Shown piece after piece: positions 39,113 through 51,797 of a DNA stretch of 64,000 bases. The notes beneath the pieces were generated by a model. The model was not told the DNA's origin and ran no database searches. It saw only the letters and a list, made by a program, of their open reading frames with translations. Each line of letters opens with the position of its first letter. The first letter of the stretch is position 1. Both the position numbers and the translations under genes were made by a program. The stretch is from NCBI GenBank assembly GCA_030264375.1, contig JASCQW010000190.1, forward strand, positions 76,066,084 through 76,130,083. The letters run 5' to 3'. This DNA comes from Carcharhinus longimanus. Its lineage: Eukaryota.

Positions 39113-42100
39113 TCCAGCCAACTCAAACCTCCTGCATGAAACATGCCACTTCCTCCACCTCATGCAAGGCCACTGCTCACCCCCTTGTGACCAATTTTCT
39201 TAACAAAGGAATGACCTGAGCCCTGTTGCCAATTGAAACTAACCAAAAATACAAAACTGTGTCAGAACCCACTGTGAAAGTTTACTTTGCAGACAGATAA
39301 ATATAAGTTAAGGATTTCTCCTTTACTTAAAAAAAGAGAGGATACATACTTACTATAGATATAACATCTTGCATTTTGTGGACTTTTAAATGCTTTAGGG
39401 TGATCCTAAATTGTTTATGTAACTAGGTGTGTAATGGTAATGTACAATCAGTGAGTTTGCAGAATTATTCATACAGCAGCCTAACTGGTATAAATAGCAT
39501 TCAGTGCATTGATCCAACTATGGTGTAAAACTTGAAGAAGAATGCAAATGTAAGCAATGAGAATGACCATGAATAAACATAAGTAGAAATACATGGAAGC
39601 TGCCAGATACATTATGTCAATGGAAGTTATAGGTGTCACATGTAATTTCTGAAGTAGCTTAGTGTATTTTACCCCAAATTGATCCCGTAAGCTGATGGAA
39701 ATACAATGCAATTGGTGTCATGACACTTGTTAAAAATTAGTATCGCCATCCGAAAAAATGAAAACATGGCAAGATTCACAAGAGAAAGATTGAAAATTGA
39801 CTATAATTATTCACTCAGCCACTGAAAATTCCAATGTACTCAGTCAGCTCTCTCAAGAATCTGGACACATGGTACTTTATATTCAAGTAATCTGCACATA
39901 ATATCTTAATGCTGTGCTTCTGCCGAAAGCGTCATGCAGGATATCCATAAATTCCATCCAAGCTATTATTCTCAGTGCAGAAAAAGCAAAACAAAGTGAG
40001 CAGTAGGACACAAGGAATGGGGAAGGGGGATATATGTGTTTCATACAGAAACAGGTGAAATGGGTCCATCACGCGAGAAGCAGATGTGAATTGGGTTCAT
40101 CATGCCAGTAGAGCTCAACCGAAAATGTTCACCCAAGACTTATTGCAAATTGGCCCTCATCCCTATGAAACTGGTGAGCTCACCACATCAATAGGGTATC
40201 CCACTGCCATTCACCAATCCATGATCAAGGCACCAGTGGAAAGCATGTTTCAGAAGGAAGCAGAGACAAATCTAGGAGGATGTGATCCCTTGGTACAAAG
40301 TACTACAAAGCATTTACAATATAGAAGTGCACTTGTATTAGTGTTTAAGTTCAATATTACTCTCCTACCCCCATTGATATGTCTTTTCTCCTTTGTGTGG
40401 TTATCTAGACTTTCCTTTATTGTCTCTATGATATTTGCCTGAACTATTTCTTAAGGTGACATGTTCCACATTCCAGCCATTCTCTTGGTTGGCACTGTAC
40501 CAACCTAACAGTACCAATTCATGCGAAGGGCTGTGTCAGGGATGAGTACCAAGGATGTGCTCTAGTGAATTAAAAAAATAAGGCTTACACCAACATATTT
40601 TGGCAGGGTCTCATAAAGCCGGCAAGACCAGCTCCACAGATATTAAGGCACCATTTTTAAAGGGTACCCTAATCAGAACTAATGTAGAACTCTTCCTCAC
40701 CTCATCCCCCACCACCAACACAGATGTGTTAGGCACATTGCTGGGGGGGGCGCGGGTAGCTCCGGTTTTGTGTGGGCATGGAGGATGGGATCGATGGGGA
40801 GGAGAGAGTGGGCAGTGACGGGCAAATTTCAGGCACGGGAGAGAGCGAGTTGTGGATGGGGGACTGCTGGAAATATTTCTGCAGTAATGGGGGGAGGAGA
40901 AGGTGATTGTACCGGGTGGGGGGGGGGGGTGCAGNNNNNNNNNNNNNNNNNNNNNNNNNNNNNNNNNNNNNNNNNNNNNNNNNNNNNNNNNNNNNNNNNN
41001 NNNNNNNNNNNNNNNNNNNNNNNNNNNNNNNNNNCCCGGCAGTGCGGTGTTGCAAAGATTGCACCAGGGAATGGGAGAGATGGGAATGTGCCCAGTTCCT
41101 CCATGGTGGAGAGAGATTATTTTTAGTCCTTTCAAGATGGCTCCCCAATATCCATGGAGCTGGCCTTGTCTTGCCAGTGAGACAGCATAAATCCCACCAT
41201 AAACTCATACTTTTTAGGGGGAAAACTGGTCTGTGCAGTTTGAGAGCGACGTGCCAGTTTTCACAATATGAGCCTGACACTTTGCAAAAAGTGGTAAGAT
41301 TCCACCCCTCATTTTTAAAAAATTGCTGTAAAACTCGCGAACATGAAGTCACATCAGCAAGGTTTGAATATTCAACGATGGAGGATTCATGCAGTGGAGG
41401 TGCTGGGTAATCATATTAAAATTTGTTTAAATCCAATAAAATAAGGTTCCTGTCCTTTGTGGGTGTGAACCTCACGCTATGTTGAAAATTGGGGCACGCA
41501 GGATGGAACTTTCCCAGAAAACCAGCAATGGCTGGGATGTGGGACACCCTGCCCTCTCTACCAGCGAGAATGAAGAATTTAGAGCTTAGCCAAAATTCCA
41601 TTCACTGCAGCGGGCCCAGAGAATCTCAGCCACGGCAAGGTTAGAGACCAAAATGTCAAGTTCTGACTGATGTCCCCCATTTTTTAAATACATTCAAATT
41701 GATGACCACCAGTGAGGGCATGAACCTTGATTATGCAGCCAACGGGGGTCAGGGGAGATCTCATTCTGAGATTACGCATTGAGATCTCCCAGTGCAGATC
41801 CCATTAGGGAGAGTTAACAACCATAACGAGATTCACATCCACCACTAGCATGTCCAGAAACTGCATTTCCGGATTCTCTTGGGATTTTTCATCTGCGTCG
41901 CCATTCTCTCTAATGGCGAGTATGCGTTGAAAATCACCCCAGTGGTGTGGTCCAGTCAAAGTTCTGTATAAGGCGAACATCACCACTCCAGTTCAATTCT
42001 ATCCAGAAACGAACTGTAACATTTTGGTTTTTTTACAGCAGCATCAACCTACCTTGCTACCTTCAGCATTTCTGGACGAAATTCTTTGGGCTCTTCGCAG

Positions 42101-42299
42101 CATGTTTCTCAGTGGCGATCAGCAGCCCTCAATTAGCCGGCAGTGGGATCTTCTGGCCCCACCACTGTCAATGGGATTTTCCATTGAGTCCACCCCATGC
42201 CACCAGGAAACCCGTGACGGAGTGAGCCGTCGACAAGACCAGAAGATCCCAACAGTGCAAATGGCCAGAAGATCTTGCCCTGTTTTTCTGTATTCCCCA

Positions 42300-42860
42300 A
42301 ATCCCTCTGCTCCTGAAGCATTCAGACAGTTATTCACTAACAGATTATGTGACTTCCTTATCCTTCGTAGCAGAACATTCTATCTTGCACTTTTGTATAT
42401 TGATTTTCATTTGTTAATTACATACCAATTCTGCAGATTTATTCAAGTTTCCCTGTATGTTACAGCAGTCCACTATTTACTACACCTATTAATATAGCAT
42501 CATCTGTAAATTTTGAAATAGTGCTTCCAACTCCAAAGTATAAATTGTATATGCAAATATTAAATAACAGAAATCCTTGCACCAAACCTTGCAATTTGTC
42601 AACCAGAGGAAATACATTTAACCTCTACTTCTTTGTTTCTATTTTATAGCCAGCTTATTAATCATTCTGCTATCTGTCCCCCACCTCCATATGTTCTAAC
42701 TTTAATCATGAGTGTACTAGACAGCACCTTATTTGGAGGCATTTTGGAAATTTAAATATTCCCTATCTACTGCATCATCCTTATCGACCCTTATTTCTTT
42801 GAAGAATTCAATGAGTTCATCAAAAGTACAATCATCCCCTTTGATATCCATTTTGGCTAG
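42300..42860 (-). mobile_element. Old CR1 RT fragment
   Basis: gcatcatctgtaaatttt (KFADD remnant) and gccagctta..atcattc motifs. Confidence 0.55.
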
Positions 42861-45269
42861 TCTCTTATATTTTTACTTAGCGGGGTGGGTGGATGGGTAG
42901 GTTTTCCATACCCCTCCACATCCTCCCTCCCACTCCTTCCCCCCTCCCAACTCCCCCAGAGAATTTCTCAGCGGTGGGAGGAGACCCTTGGCTGGTGGCA
43001 GGATCTTTGGATTTCCCACTGATTCCACCCCTCTCCATCAGAAAACCCACAGCAGGGTTTCACCGTCAGCAGGATCAGAAGATCCTACCAGTGGGGAGAG
43101 CCATATAATTACCCCCAAGATGCTTTCTACATTGCACCTTTGATTAAGGATTCCAACATCATTGCATATCCTTTTCCTCCAGTTTGCAGAGGAACTAAAG
43201 TGCAAAATAAAATGGTTAGCTTGCCTGTTGGTGGGTGGCCCCCAGTGACTGTGGTTCACCACTGCAAGCCCTGAAAGCTGCACAAAGCATGCTCAGTGCG
43301 TGCTCTGTCTGTGACAGACTAATTTCAATTGAAATCTGGCATTAGGATGCTGATTTGAAAAATCAAAGTTCAAATGCAAAAAAAAGCTTTTTCTCGCAGT
43401 AAGCCTTAGCACTTAGCCTTATCATTGCAGCCAGAAGGAGACTCAAAGCCCAAAAAATACACTTAAAGTTAGTGACTTACAAGAGGAAGTGCAGCAGTTG
43501 TCACTTCCCATGAGAGTAGAGACGTGGAGAGGGCAAGAAAATGACTGAACAAAGATTTGTTACTGAGAAGAGGTATAGAATCACCACAAATCACTCTCAT
43601 CTTGACCACAGCCAGTTGTGAAATAAAGGACATTCCGTCAGTAGAACCAGTTCGTTAGTTAATTTGCCTCCTGACAGGACCAAGCTGCAATCCAGGTTTG
43701 CTCCAGCTGCAGAATCTACTCCTTCATTAAAATTCATTCTATACACTGGAGTTGAGGAAAATACAATGTCATTTACCAAACTGATTGCATCAACATGGAG
43801 ACCTTAGCCACTTACACAGGCTGTGCATGCAGTTGGAAGATCTCTGAGCAATGCTCCAAATAATGATGGAAAGATCCACAATCCACAGCGTATTGGCTTA
43901 GGTTTTGCTTGAAAAATGTCAACATTTACTGTACTCCTCTGAAATGGGCAGCAATCTTCCTGGGAATCCACTGGTGCACAACCAGAATTTGTGGTCTGTG
44001 ATTCTATATTTTGTTAAAGGGTGCGTGGTTGAGTCCCCACTCCCCCAAGCTTGGCTGCAAACAATTGGAAATGTACCAATCTTATGCTTTTAGCCTTCTT
44101 GAAAACATTACACCTTGTTGAATGAGATTTAACTGTGGCCAGGATTTTCTGGTCCTGTCCTCAGTGGAAATTGTACTGGGTGGAAAATTTGACAGATCAG
44201 TCTATTGAATTCGGGCAGGAGCTTTTAGCCCCACGGTGGGTGGAAACTGGCCTATCCCTGCCAGTGTTTTACTAAGTTCATAATTACTACTAAAAAGCCA
44301 CACTGGTCCTCAAAGACTAATTTTATATTTGCTAAATATCAATGTTTTTCATTATGATAATAATCAAAGATTTAAAAAATATTTTTCACATTTGTTTATA
44401 ACAGTTTATCTTCTTCCTGAATCCCATTTGTATGCCCTAATTATTTATTTTGCTAACGATGAAAAAAGTTAACTTCCTAATTTGCTGTCAATGAGAATAC
44501 CTCATTGTGATTGGCTGCACACCTTGTTTGATGCATCACTGCTCTTGGACACTCAGAAATCCCTATTTTCCACTATAAAGATTCTGAAATTGGGACAAGG
44601 AAGCCTGCACCACAAAGCTTGCTAGATCATTATGTACAGCTTTCTTCAAATTCAGCAGTAAGCATGTTGCTTTTCGATTGCCCAAAAAATCCAACCAGTA
44701 GTGTCTGAATTGAATTAGTTGGGAGATGATTGCAGAGAATCTCAGGAAAGGGATGCAAAGGCTTTATTGCCAAACAACCATCTATGCCCAAACAAAGTGG
44801 TGGCTGATGTGAAGACTGGACTTCCAAACAGGAACATGTGGGCCCCTGTCAGAATTTTCCTCTGAATATGTGACAAGAATGATATTCAAAGCAAGCAGGC
44901 CTTGGCAATTTGACCAGTCCTTGTTATTTATGGCACACTCGCAAGAGTCACAAGAATGTCCCTATACAACTTGATAGAAAGCTTTGGCATTGACTCATTC
45001 CAGTACTGCATCATTGTTTTGGACAAAGGGACTACCTGTAACACACTAGGACAAGGAGAAACACAGTGCACAGAGATTTAATGCACTGCACCATCATTGA
45101 GGGTATCACTGTTATCCATTTTAACATCAATAATAACAGAATGATGAATCAAAAGAATAGTAAGAATGTCCAGTTAAACATGAAGGTGTTGAGACAGAAC
45201 TTACTGTGTAAATAATTGGCATGATTCACTGAAAAGAAGTGCTTCGCCAATGTGAAAATCATTTTGGCT

Positions 45270-45840
45270 TTGGCAGTGTGAATAATATTAAGAATATTGT
45301 GTGCAGTTTTGGTCTCCATTTCTGAGGAACAATGTTCTTGCACTTGAAACAGTGCAGCGAAGGTTTACCAGGCTGATTCCAGGGATGACATGATTGATGT
45401 ATGAGGAGAGATTGACTAGGTTAGGATTGTTTTTGCTGGAGATCAGATGAATGAGGGGGGATCTCATAGAGGCTTATAAATTCTAACAGAACTAGACAGA
45501 ATGGATCAGGAAGAATGTTCCCAATGACCAGGGGTCACAGTCTGAGGATTCGGGGTATATCATTTAGGATGGAGGTGAGGAGACATTTCTTTACCCAAGA
45601 AGTGGTGAGCCTATGGAATTCATTACCACAGGAAATAGTTGATGCCAAAACATTGAGTATATTCAAGAGGCAGTGAGATATAGCACTTGGGGAGAATGGG
45701 ATCAGAGGTTATGGAGAGAAAGCAGGATTGGGCGATTGGGTTGCAAGATCAGCCATGATTGTGATGAATGGAGGAGCAGACTTGAAGGGTCAAATAGCCT
45801 CCTCCTGCTCCTCTCTTCTATGTTTCTATGTTGCTATGTA
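45270..45840 (+). mobile_element. CR1 LINE 3' portion
   Basis: gtgcagcgaaggtttaccaggctgattccagggatg..tggaattcattaccacag..ctcctgctcc..tatgtttctatg. Confidence 0.8.
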
Positions 45841-46758
45841 AATAATCTTATCCTTGCTTCAGTGTTTCTCCTGCTCTCTCCTGAAGATGGTGAATCATAC
45901 TGAAAAGCGATTGAATCAATCGTTTATCTTTGCCAATTTATCCATGTACTCTGAGAGTTTAAGTAGTGTATGTCAGCCCATTATGTTTTCAGGGGCATAT
46001 TGTAGCTGAACCAGCTTCAGTCTTAATTGTGCACACATTCATCGACATAGGAAATCCAAAACATGACTTGTAAGCTCCAAATTAAAAATGAGAGTGTCCT
46101 GGGCATTTTTCCCCGAGTCGGGCTTCCCGACTCAATACGCTTGACCCAGAAGCAAGAATCCAAGCCTGCTCAACAAGTCCGATAACCCTCACCGTGATGT
46201 CGTAACATATTAACAGAAAATTAACTTGAGAAATGGAAAGCTATCTTGATGGCTCCATAGGATCTCCTTAGTATAATCCTGTACTTTACCACAGATCCTA
46301 GCCTGGAACCTTTGGCAAATGTATTCATTCAATGCACATAAACCACTTGATACTTCTTTAACTGGCAGAGTCAAGTTTATATTTCAAGTAATCCCATATT
46401 TCATGATAATCTCTGCAATTCCTCACTCCATGAAGCAACTAACCATTTCTAACATCAGAATAAATTGCTTAACATTTTGTGCAAGAGTGTTTTTAGTTCA
46501 CTGCTTTTAAGAATTCTTATATTGGTCAAAGAACGCAAGAGGATAAAAGAAAGATTTGACTGAAGATTGAAAGCAGATATAGCGTCTTCAAGTGTTTACT
46601 GATCGTCTTGCCATACTTTAGCTGATTTTCCCGATGATACGCTTTCATTCCACTAACTCACTCTGATCCACAACATTCCAAAAATGTTTCTCAAGTAAAA
46701 ACAATGAGATTTGATTTATTATTAATCACATATATTAGGATACAGTGAGAAGTATTGG

Positions 46759-47035
46759 GGGTGATTCTCCCAAAAGTGCTGAATTGGTTGGAAAACTGTT
46801 CTAGGTCACGACTGTTTTCTCAGTTCAACTTCTCATTCGAATCTCCCCACACTGTGCATTGCAGAGGTACCAATCATGAATCGCATTAGAAACTGGGGGA
46901 ACGGGGCGCTGCTTTTCACACTGGAGTCTGATGGTTCTGGAACTCTGCACATATACAGTGGCCCCGATCTGTCAATCTCCTGAAATAAGGCCAGCAACAC
47001 GCATCTTGCACCCAACCTGCCAGAAAAGTTGTGGG
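46759..47035. mobile_element. Same MITE-like family, nested in a Rex1/Babar tail remnant (46708-46757 / 47075-47155)
   Basis: Reverse-complement similarity to 200-448. Confidence 0.55.
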
Positions 47036-47154
47036 TTGGGATGGAAGAGTAGCCCCCATTGCTTCTTGCAAGCTGTTACAGATACTACATACCGTTCGTA
47101 GAATGCATAGAGGAGATGGAAAGAGGAGGCAGGCTGGGGTGTGGAGAAAGATCA

Positions 47155-47630
47155 GTTTTAAAGTTTAAACTTATTTATTAGTCACAAGTAGGCTTACATT
47201 ATCACTGCAATGAAGTTACTGTGAAAATCCTCTAGTCGNNNNNNNNNNNNNNNNNNNNNNNNNNNNNNNNNNNNNNNNNNNNNNNNNNNNNNNNNNNNNN
47301 NNNNNNNNNNNNNNNNNNNNNNNNNNNNNNNNNNNNNNATTAGTGTCACAAGTAGGCTTACATTATCACTGCAATGAAGTTACTGTGAAAATCCTCTAGT
47401 CGCCATACCCCAGCACCTGTTCGGGTACACTGAGGGAGAATTTAGCATAACATAGCCAATGCACCTAACTAGCATTTTTTTCAGACTATGGAAGGAAACC
47501 AAAGCACCTGGAGGAAACTCAGACATGGAGAGAATGGGCACACCCTGCAAAAAGTGACCCAAGCTAGGAATCAAACTCAGGTCCTTGGTGCTGTGAGATA
47601 GCAATGCCCACCACTGTGTCACCGTACTGC
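47155..47630 (-). mobile_element. V-SINE variant with an alternative tail (..GTAAGCCTACTTGTGACACTAATAAATAAG)
   Basis: HE1-like head and V domain at 47450-47630; the non-CR1 tail is at 47160-47445 (spans a gap). Confidence 0.75.
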
Positions 47631-48749
47631 CAATATAGCTTCATATAAAGTAGGTCCATTCAAAAGTGAATCAGCGCTCCCAATTATCAAAAACAACATT
47701 GGACAGCAAATTCCATGGAACACACATGCACTGGGAATCACAGAAATCATGAAGCTTCCTTCTGAGCTGCCCTTACTTCTCTAATAAATAAACTTAAACT
47801 AGAAGCTACGTCCTACTGGTTTTTTGATGAGAGACTTGGCACCAAAGAAAACAAAGGGAGTAAAGTTGTATTTATACAGCAGATGCATAATAATCACACC
47901 AGAAAAATGGCAGTGTTACAACTTGGTAAAGGGGGTCAAATGGTCCTCCGCTCTTCCCTCTCCTCATTTGACAGCATTTTGTTAACGCAGATATTCTTGC
48001 CAATGCTGAGAGTGCTTCACTGTTTCCATGCTGTGAGTGAGACACCGACACAGACACCGACACAGAGACAGGCATCTGGATGAATGTCATTGTTCTGCTG
48101 CTCTCACTCGATGGTCCAGCTGCTATTGGTGATGAGGCAGCTTAAATCTGTCGACAAATGATTTATCTGCTCTTCTGAAGACTGCAGCGCTGGGTTCAGT
48201 TCTTTTTAAAATCTTTGTCTATAGTATCTGATTGGCCAAAATCAGCAGACAGGGTTCAACTTGCAAGTTGAACGGAGAGAGAAAAAGAGAGAGAGAGAGA
48301 AGGAAAATAAATCTATTCAGGATCTTGTTCCTCCTGCATTTCAGTTACTGTCCAGATCTGCAGAGAAAGCCAATGCTTAAACATAAAAACAATTGGGTTT
48401 ATACCTGACCTTCCCTCTGCAACTGTCAATGACTTCAATATGATCATCATTAATATATTCCAGTTACCTTGATTAGGTCGTAGCTGGGATTTCCTCTCTC
48501 AGTGTTCAACTGATTGCTTCTAATGATTTGTCTTGACTCTGTATCCTTTGCTGATGGGATAGGAGGTAACCTCCCATTCATCTTTATCAAAGCAATTGTT
48601 TATGGTGCAGTTTTACAGATAGGTTTCCTCCATTTCAATAGTTTTAGATTTCAGAAGGTATAGTGATGCAAATGTGCAGTAATCTTTGACTGTGATCCCA
48701 AGTCATTGGAATTATTTTTTTCAAAAAAGGGTTCCAGTCAGTAAATTCA

Positions 48750-49754
48750 AAAATAATTTTTGACAAAAAGCACAATTTGAAAAACGTTCCCCTGCCACAG
48801 CTCTCCTGGGGCTGTAAAAAAGAGGATAAAGCTGCCCTGGAGCGATGGCCCCCATAGACATTGTCCCACTCCACAACATAATGGTCCCCCTTATCCACCC
48901 ACCCCTCCCCACTACCCAGGCTGATTGCAGTGGACACCCCACAGTCCCTGCTGCCCTGCTCCTGCCCCCCACCAGAGAATGATGTGGCCTCCCTTCTCCT
49001 ACCCCCATCAAAGATATATCTGACCCGCGTCCACCCCCCAACCCCACTAGAGAACAATCTGGCCCCCTTCCTTATCCCTGTCCCCCTACCAGAGAACGAC
49101 CTGGCCTCTCTCCTCCCCACCCCCCACTGGAGAGCGATCTGACCTCCCTCCTCCCTCCCCATCAGAGAATGATCTGGCCTCCCTCCTCACCCCCCCATCA
49201 AAGAATGATCTGGCCTCTCTCTTCCCCACCCAACTAGAGAGTGATCTTGCCTCCCCTTCCCCCTCCGCCCACCAGAGAACAATCTGGCCTCCGTCCTCCT
49301 CCCCTCCCCACCAGAGATACATCTGATCCACCTCCTTGCCGGCNNNNNNNNNNNNNNNNNNNNNNNNNNNNNNNNNNNNNGCCCCCTCCCCCCCTCACTT
49401 CCCCCACCACCGATCTGAATCAGAGAGCTCTGAACTTACTTTTTCAGAAGTTGGAACACCCGAAACAGACTTTGCCGAGCATATTTGTTTCGCGCTGAAT
49501 CTGGATGGGCGAAGGCAGGTAAATGCAGATAATTTTGGGCATCCAGTCAATTAAGTCAATTTAAATGCATGCAAATGCATTGAAATTGATGTCGCACCCA
49601 TTTCGGGCGTGGTCTTGATCTTGTCCATTTTCGGGCCTTGGTAAAGGGGGAATCGGCATGGAAGCGAGAGTGGATCGCACTTTTCTCCTCATGCCCGCCT
49701 TTACCAAGTTTTTATTCCCAGAAATAGGTACAATGCAATGGTAAAATTGGGCCC
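48750..49754 (-). mobile_element. Non-autonomous TIR-type element with an internal GC-rich minisatellite
   Basis: Terminus caatggtaaaattgggccc; reverse-complement homology to 51798-52883. Confidence 0.6.
48960..49335 (+). repeat. Minisatellite of about 37-38 bp (gatctggcctccctcctcaccccccaccagagaat)
   Basis: About 9-10 degenerate units, each marked by cagagaa(t/c)gatctggcc. Confidence 0.8.
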
Positions 49755-49769
49755 TTAGTGTTATTTTAC

Positions 49770-50220
49770 AGGAAAATACATTTGTCACTTGCATCCAAGG
49801 CCCACAGACTGCAAATGAGACAAATTGCCAGTTAATCTGATTAACTTTTGTGTCACATCGTTTGAGAAAGGACTATTGGCCAGCATACCTGGGGAATTTT
49901 TCTATTACCTTGAATAGGGACAAGGAACCTTTTATGTTCACAGAACAGGGGCTTTGGCTTAACATCTTATTTGAAGAACACTACCTCCAGCAGTGCAACA
50001 CTTGTTAATACTTAAAAGCTATTACATTTAAACTTTTCCTAGCTCTGATGAAACTTCACAAAATATTGACTCTGTTTCTATATCCACTGATGCTGTAAAA
50101 CTTGCGGAGTGATTTTCTGTTTTTCTTTGCAGATTTTCAGCAACCACAGTTATTTTGTTTTTGGACTTGTTAATGTACTGCCGACACGTCAGCCCAATAA
50201 TATGGTTGTGGTGCTCAGTT
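49770..50220 (-). mobile_element. SacSINE1-like Deu-SINE, old; interrupted by a Penelope terminal fragment
   Basis: The reverse strand resembles the recalled Deu domain (GATGAGACGTTAAACCGAGG..GTAAAAGATCCC..CTGGCCAATA). Confidence 0.6.
50035..50162 (+). mobile_element. Penelope terminal-repeat fragment
   Basis: agctctgatgaa..aaatattgactctgtttct..ccactgatgctg..attttctgttttt. Confidence 0.6.
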
Positions 50221-50321
50221 ATGATACTACAATTTTTTAATAAAAATCAGCTTTGAAGGTTGCACTTCGTAAACCTTGGACTGAATTTAAAGACCTTTGA
50301 AAAATGGTTTGAAGCTACCAT

Positions 50322-50382
50322 ATGGAGATGCTGGCGTTGGACTGGGGTAAACACAGTAAGAAGTCTCACAACACCAGGTTGG
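50322..50382. mobile_element. Terminal fragment of the same Penelope family
   Basis: atggagatgctggcgttggactggggtaaacacagtaagaagtctcacaacaccaggtt is close to the reverse complement of 30077-30128. Confidence 0.65.
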
Positions 50383-50796
50383 TGTTGGTTGGTCCAACCT
50401 GGTGAACTCGAAGCTACCAGACAGAGTTGTGGATTTCAGACTGGGCGTCCTCTTCCAAGAGTACAAGAGACAATCCTTAATTTAGTTATGATTCACTGGG
50501 ATTCACTTGAACAGGGGATAACAACATTTTTGTTGATGCCTAATTGGAAAAATGTAAATGTTAGCTTGGCCAGAACAAAACCATGGGTGGCAGCAAGGCT
50601 GTTTGAAGTGCAGATGGCTTATGCTGAATGTGACTCAGCACTCTTGCAGAGAGTGTTAGGATTGGGTGAGGAGGGACAAATATGCCTCCCTTTTTCCAGC
50701 CTCCTCCGTCAGTCGCAACAAAAGGTTTTTAAATTTCTTCTTCCCATAGATCCCGTTTCTGATTCAAATGTATTCACTTTTAAATAAGGAGCGAAG

Positions 50797-51025
50797 AAAA
50801 ACAGAAAATGCAGGAAAATCTCAGCGGCTCTCACAACCAACTGTGGAGAGAGAATAGTGCCAACATGTCAAGTCTGGATGAGCCTCCACTAGCTCTGACA
50901 AAGGGTGACCCAGACTCGAAATATTGACTCTATACTTGCTCCACAGGTGCTGTCAGACCTGCTAAGATTTTCCAGCATTTTCTGTACTTGTTTTCGATTC
51001 TGGCATCTGCAGTATTATGCTTTTA
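50797..51025. mobile_element. Palindromic pair of Penelope terminal repeats
   Basis: Arms 50801-50892 and 50893-50985 are imperfect reverse complements centred on AGCT; both match 18420-18545. Confidence 0.75.
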
Positions 51026-51164
51026 CAATAAAAACCATCTTTGCTCGAGTCAAAAAAGAGCAACTTTATTAGCTACCAAACCTGAGAAAAATAATAACAC
51101 ACGCACGCACACACATATCAGATATAAGAAAAATTAGAGTCCAAATCAAAGTAAAGAGAATATA

Positions 51165-51478
51165 TGGCAGTACGGTGGCACAGTGATTATCACTGCTGCC
51201 TCACACCGCCAGGGATCTGGGTTCAATTCCAGCTTTGGTCACTGTGTGGAGTTTATACATTTTCCTGTATCTGCATGGGTTCCTCAGAGTACTCCAGTTT
51301 CCTCCCAAAGTCCAAAGGTCTGTGGGTTAGGTTGATTGGCCATGCTAAATTGACTCTTGTGTCAGAGGATTGGCAGGATAAATATGAGAGGTTACGGGAA
51401 TAGGGCCTGGATGGGATTGTGGTCAGTGCAGACTCGATGGGCCGAATTGACTCCTTCTGCACTGTAGGGATTTTATGA
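51165..51478 (+). mobile_element. HE1 SINE, full length
   Basis: ggcagtacggtggcacagtg..gggttcaattcc..cactgtagggattttatg. Confidence 0.85.
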
Positions 51479-51797
51479 GTCTAAGTTCTTTGCTTGTCCT
51501 TGAGGCATTGACTATGGAATGTTGTAGCAGTTTTACACAGATTTTACTTAGGATCCTGCAGTTGAATTGAAGTCCAAGTAACTGCACTTCACTGGAGACA
51601 GTTCCCTTTCTTTTAATTCCATGATCCGTCTCCCAGAAACCGAAGGGCTTCTCACAAAATTCTTCCTGATACACAGGCACTATCTCTTGAGTTGGATTTT
51701 TATACTGTCGAGATAGGGCTTTTCTTAATGTAACAGAGACATTCCTTCCTGGTACGTTCAGCAGTTTTTTTCCAGATGACTTCAATTCCATCTCTCT

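Noticed and set aside
47170-47402. Duplicated SINE tail across the gap
   Set aside because: Assembly overlap artefact; the same pattern occurs at 4818-4940 and 38305-38460.
47872-48090. 72-aa ORF with a VSVSVS run
   Set aside because: The run derives from a short nucleotide repeat, and no protein family is recognised.
48960-49335. Repeats with a period of about 37 bp as a possible CRISPR array
   Set aside because: Degenerate contiguous tandem units with no unique spacers, no cas genes, and a vertebrate context.
48644-49498. Gly/Pro/Arg-rich ORFs
   Set aside because: Translations of the GC-rich minisatellite.
50260-50787. 175-aa ORF
   Set aside because: Crosses a Penelope terminal fragment and other repeat-like sequence; non-ATG start.
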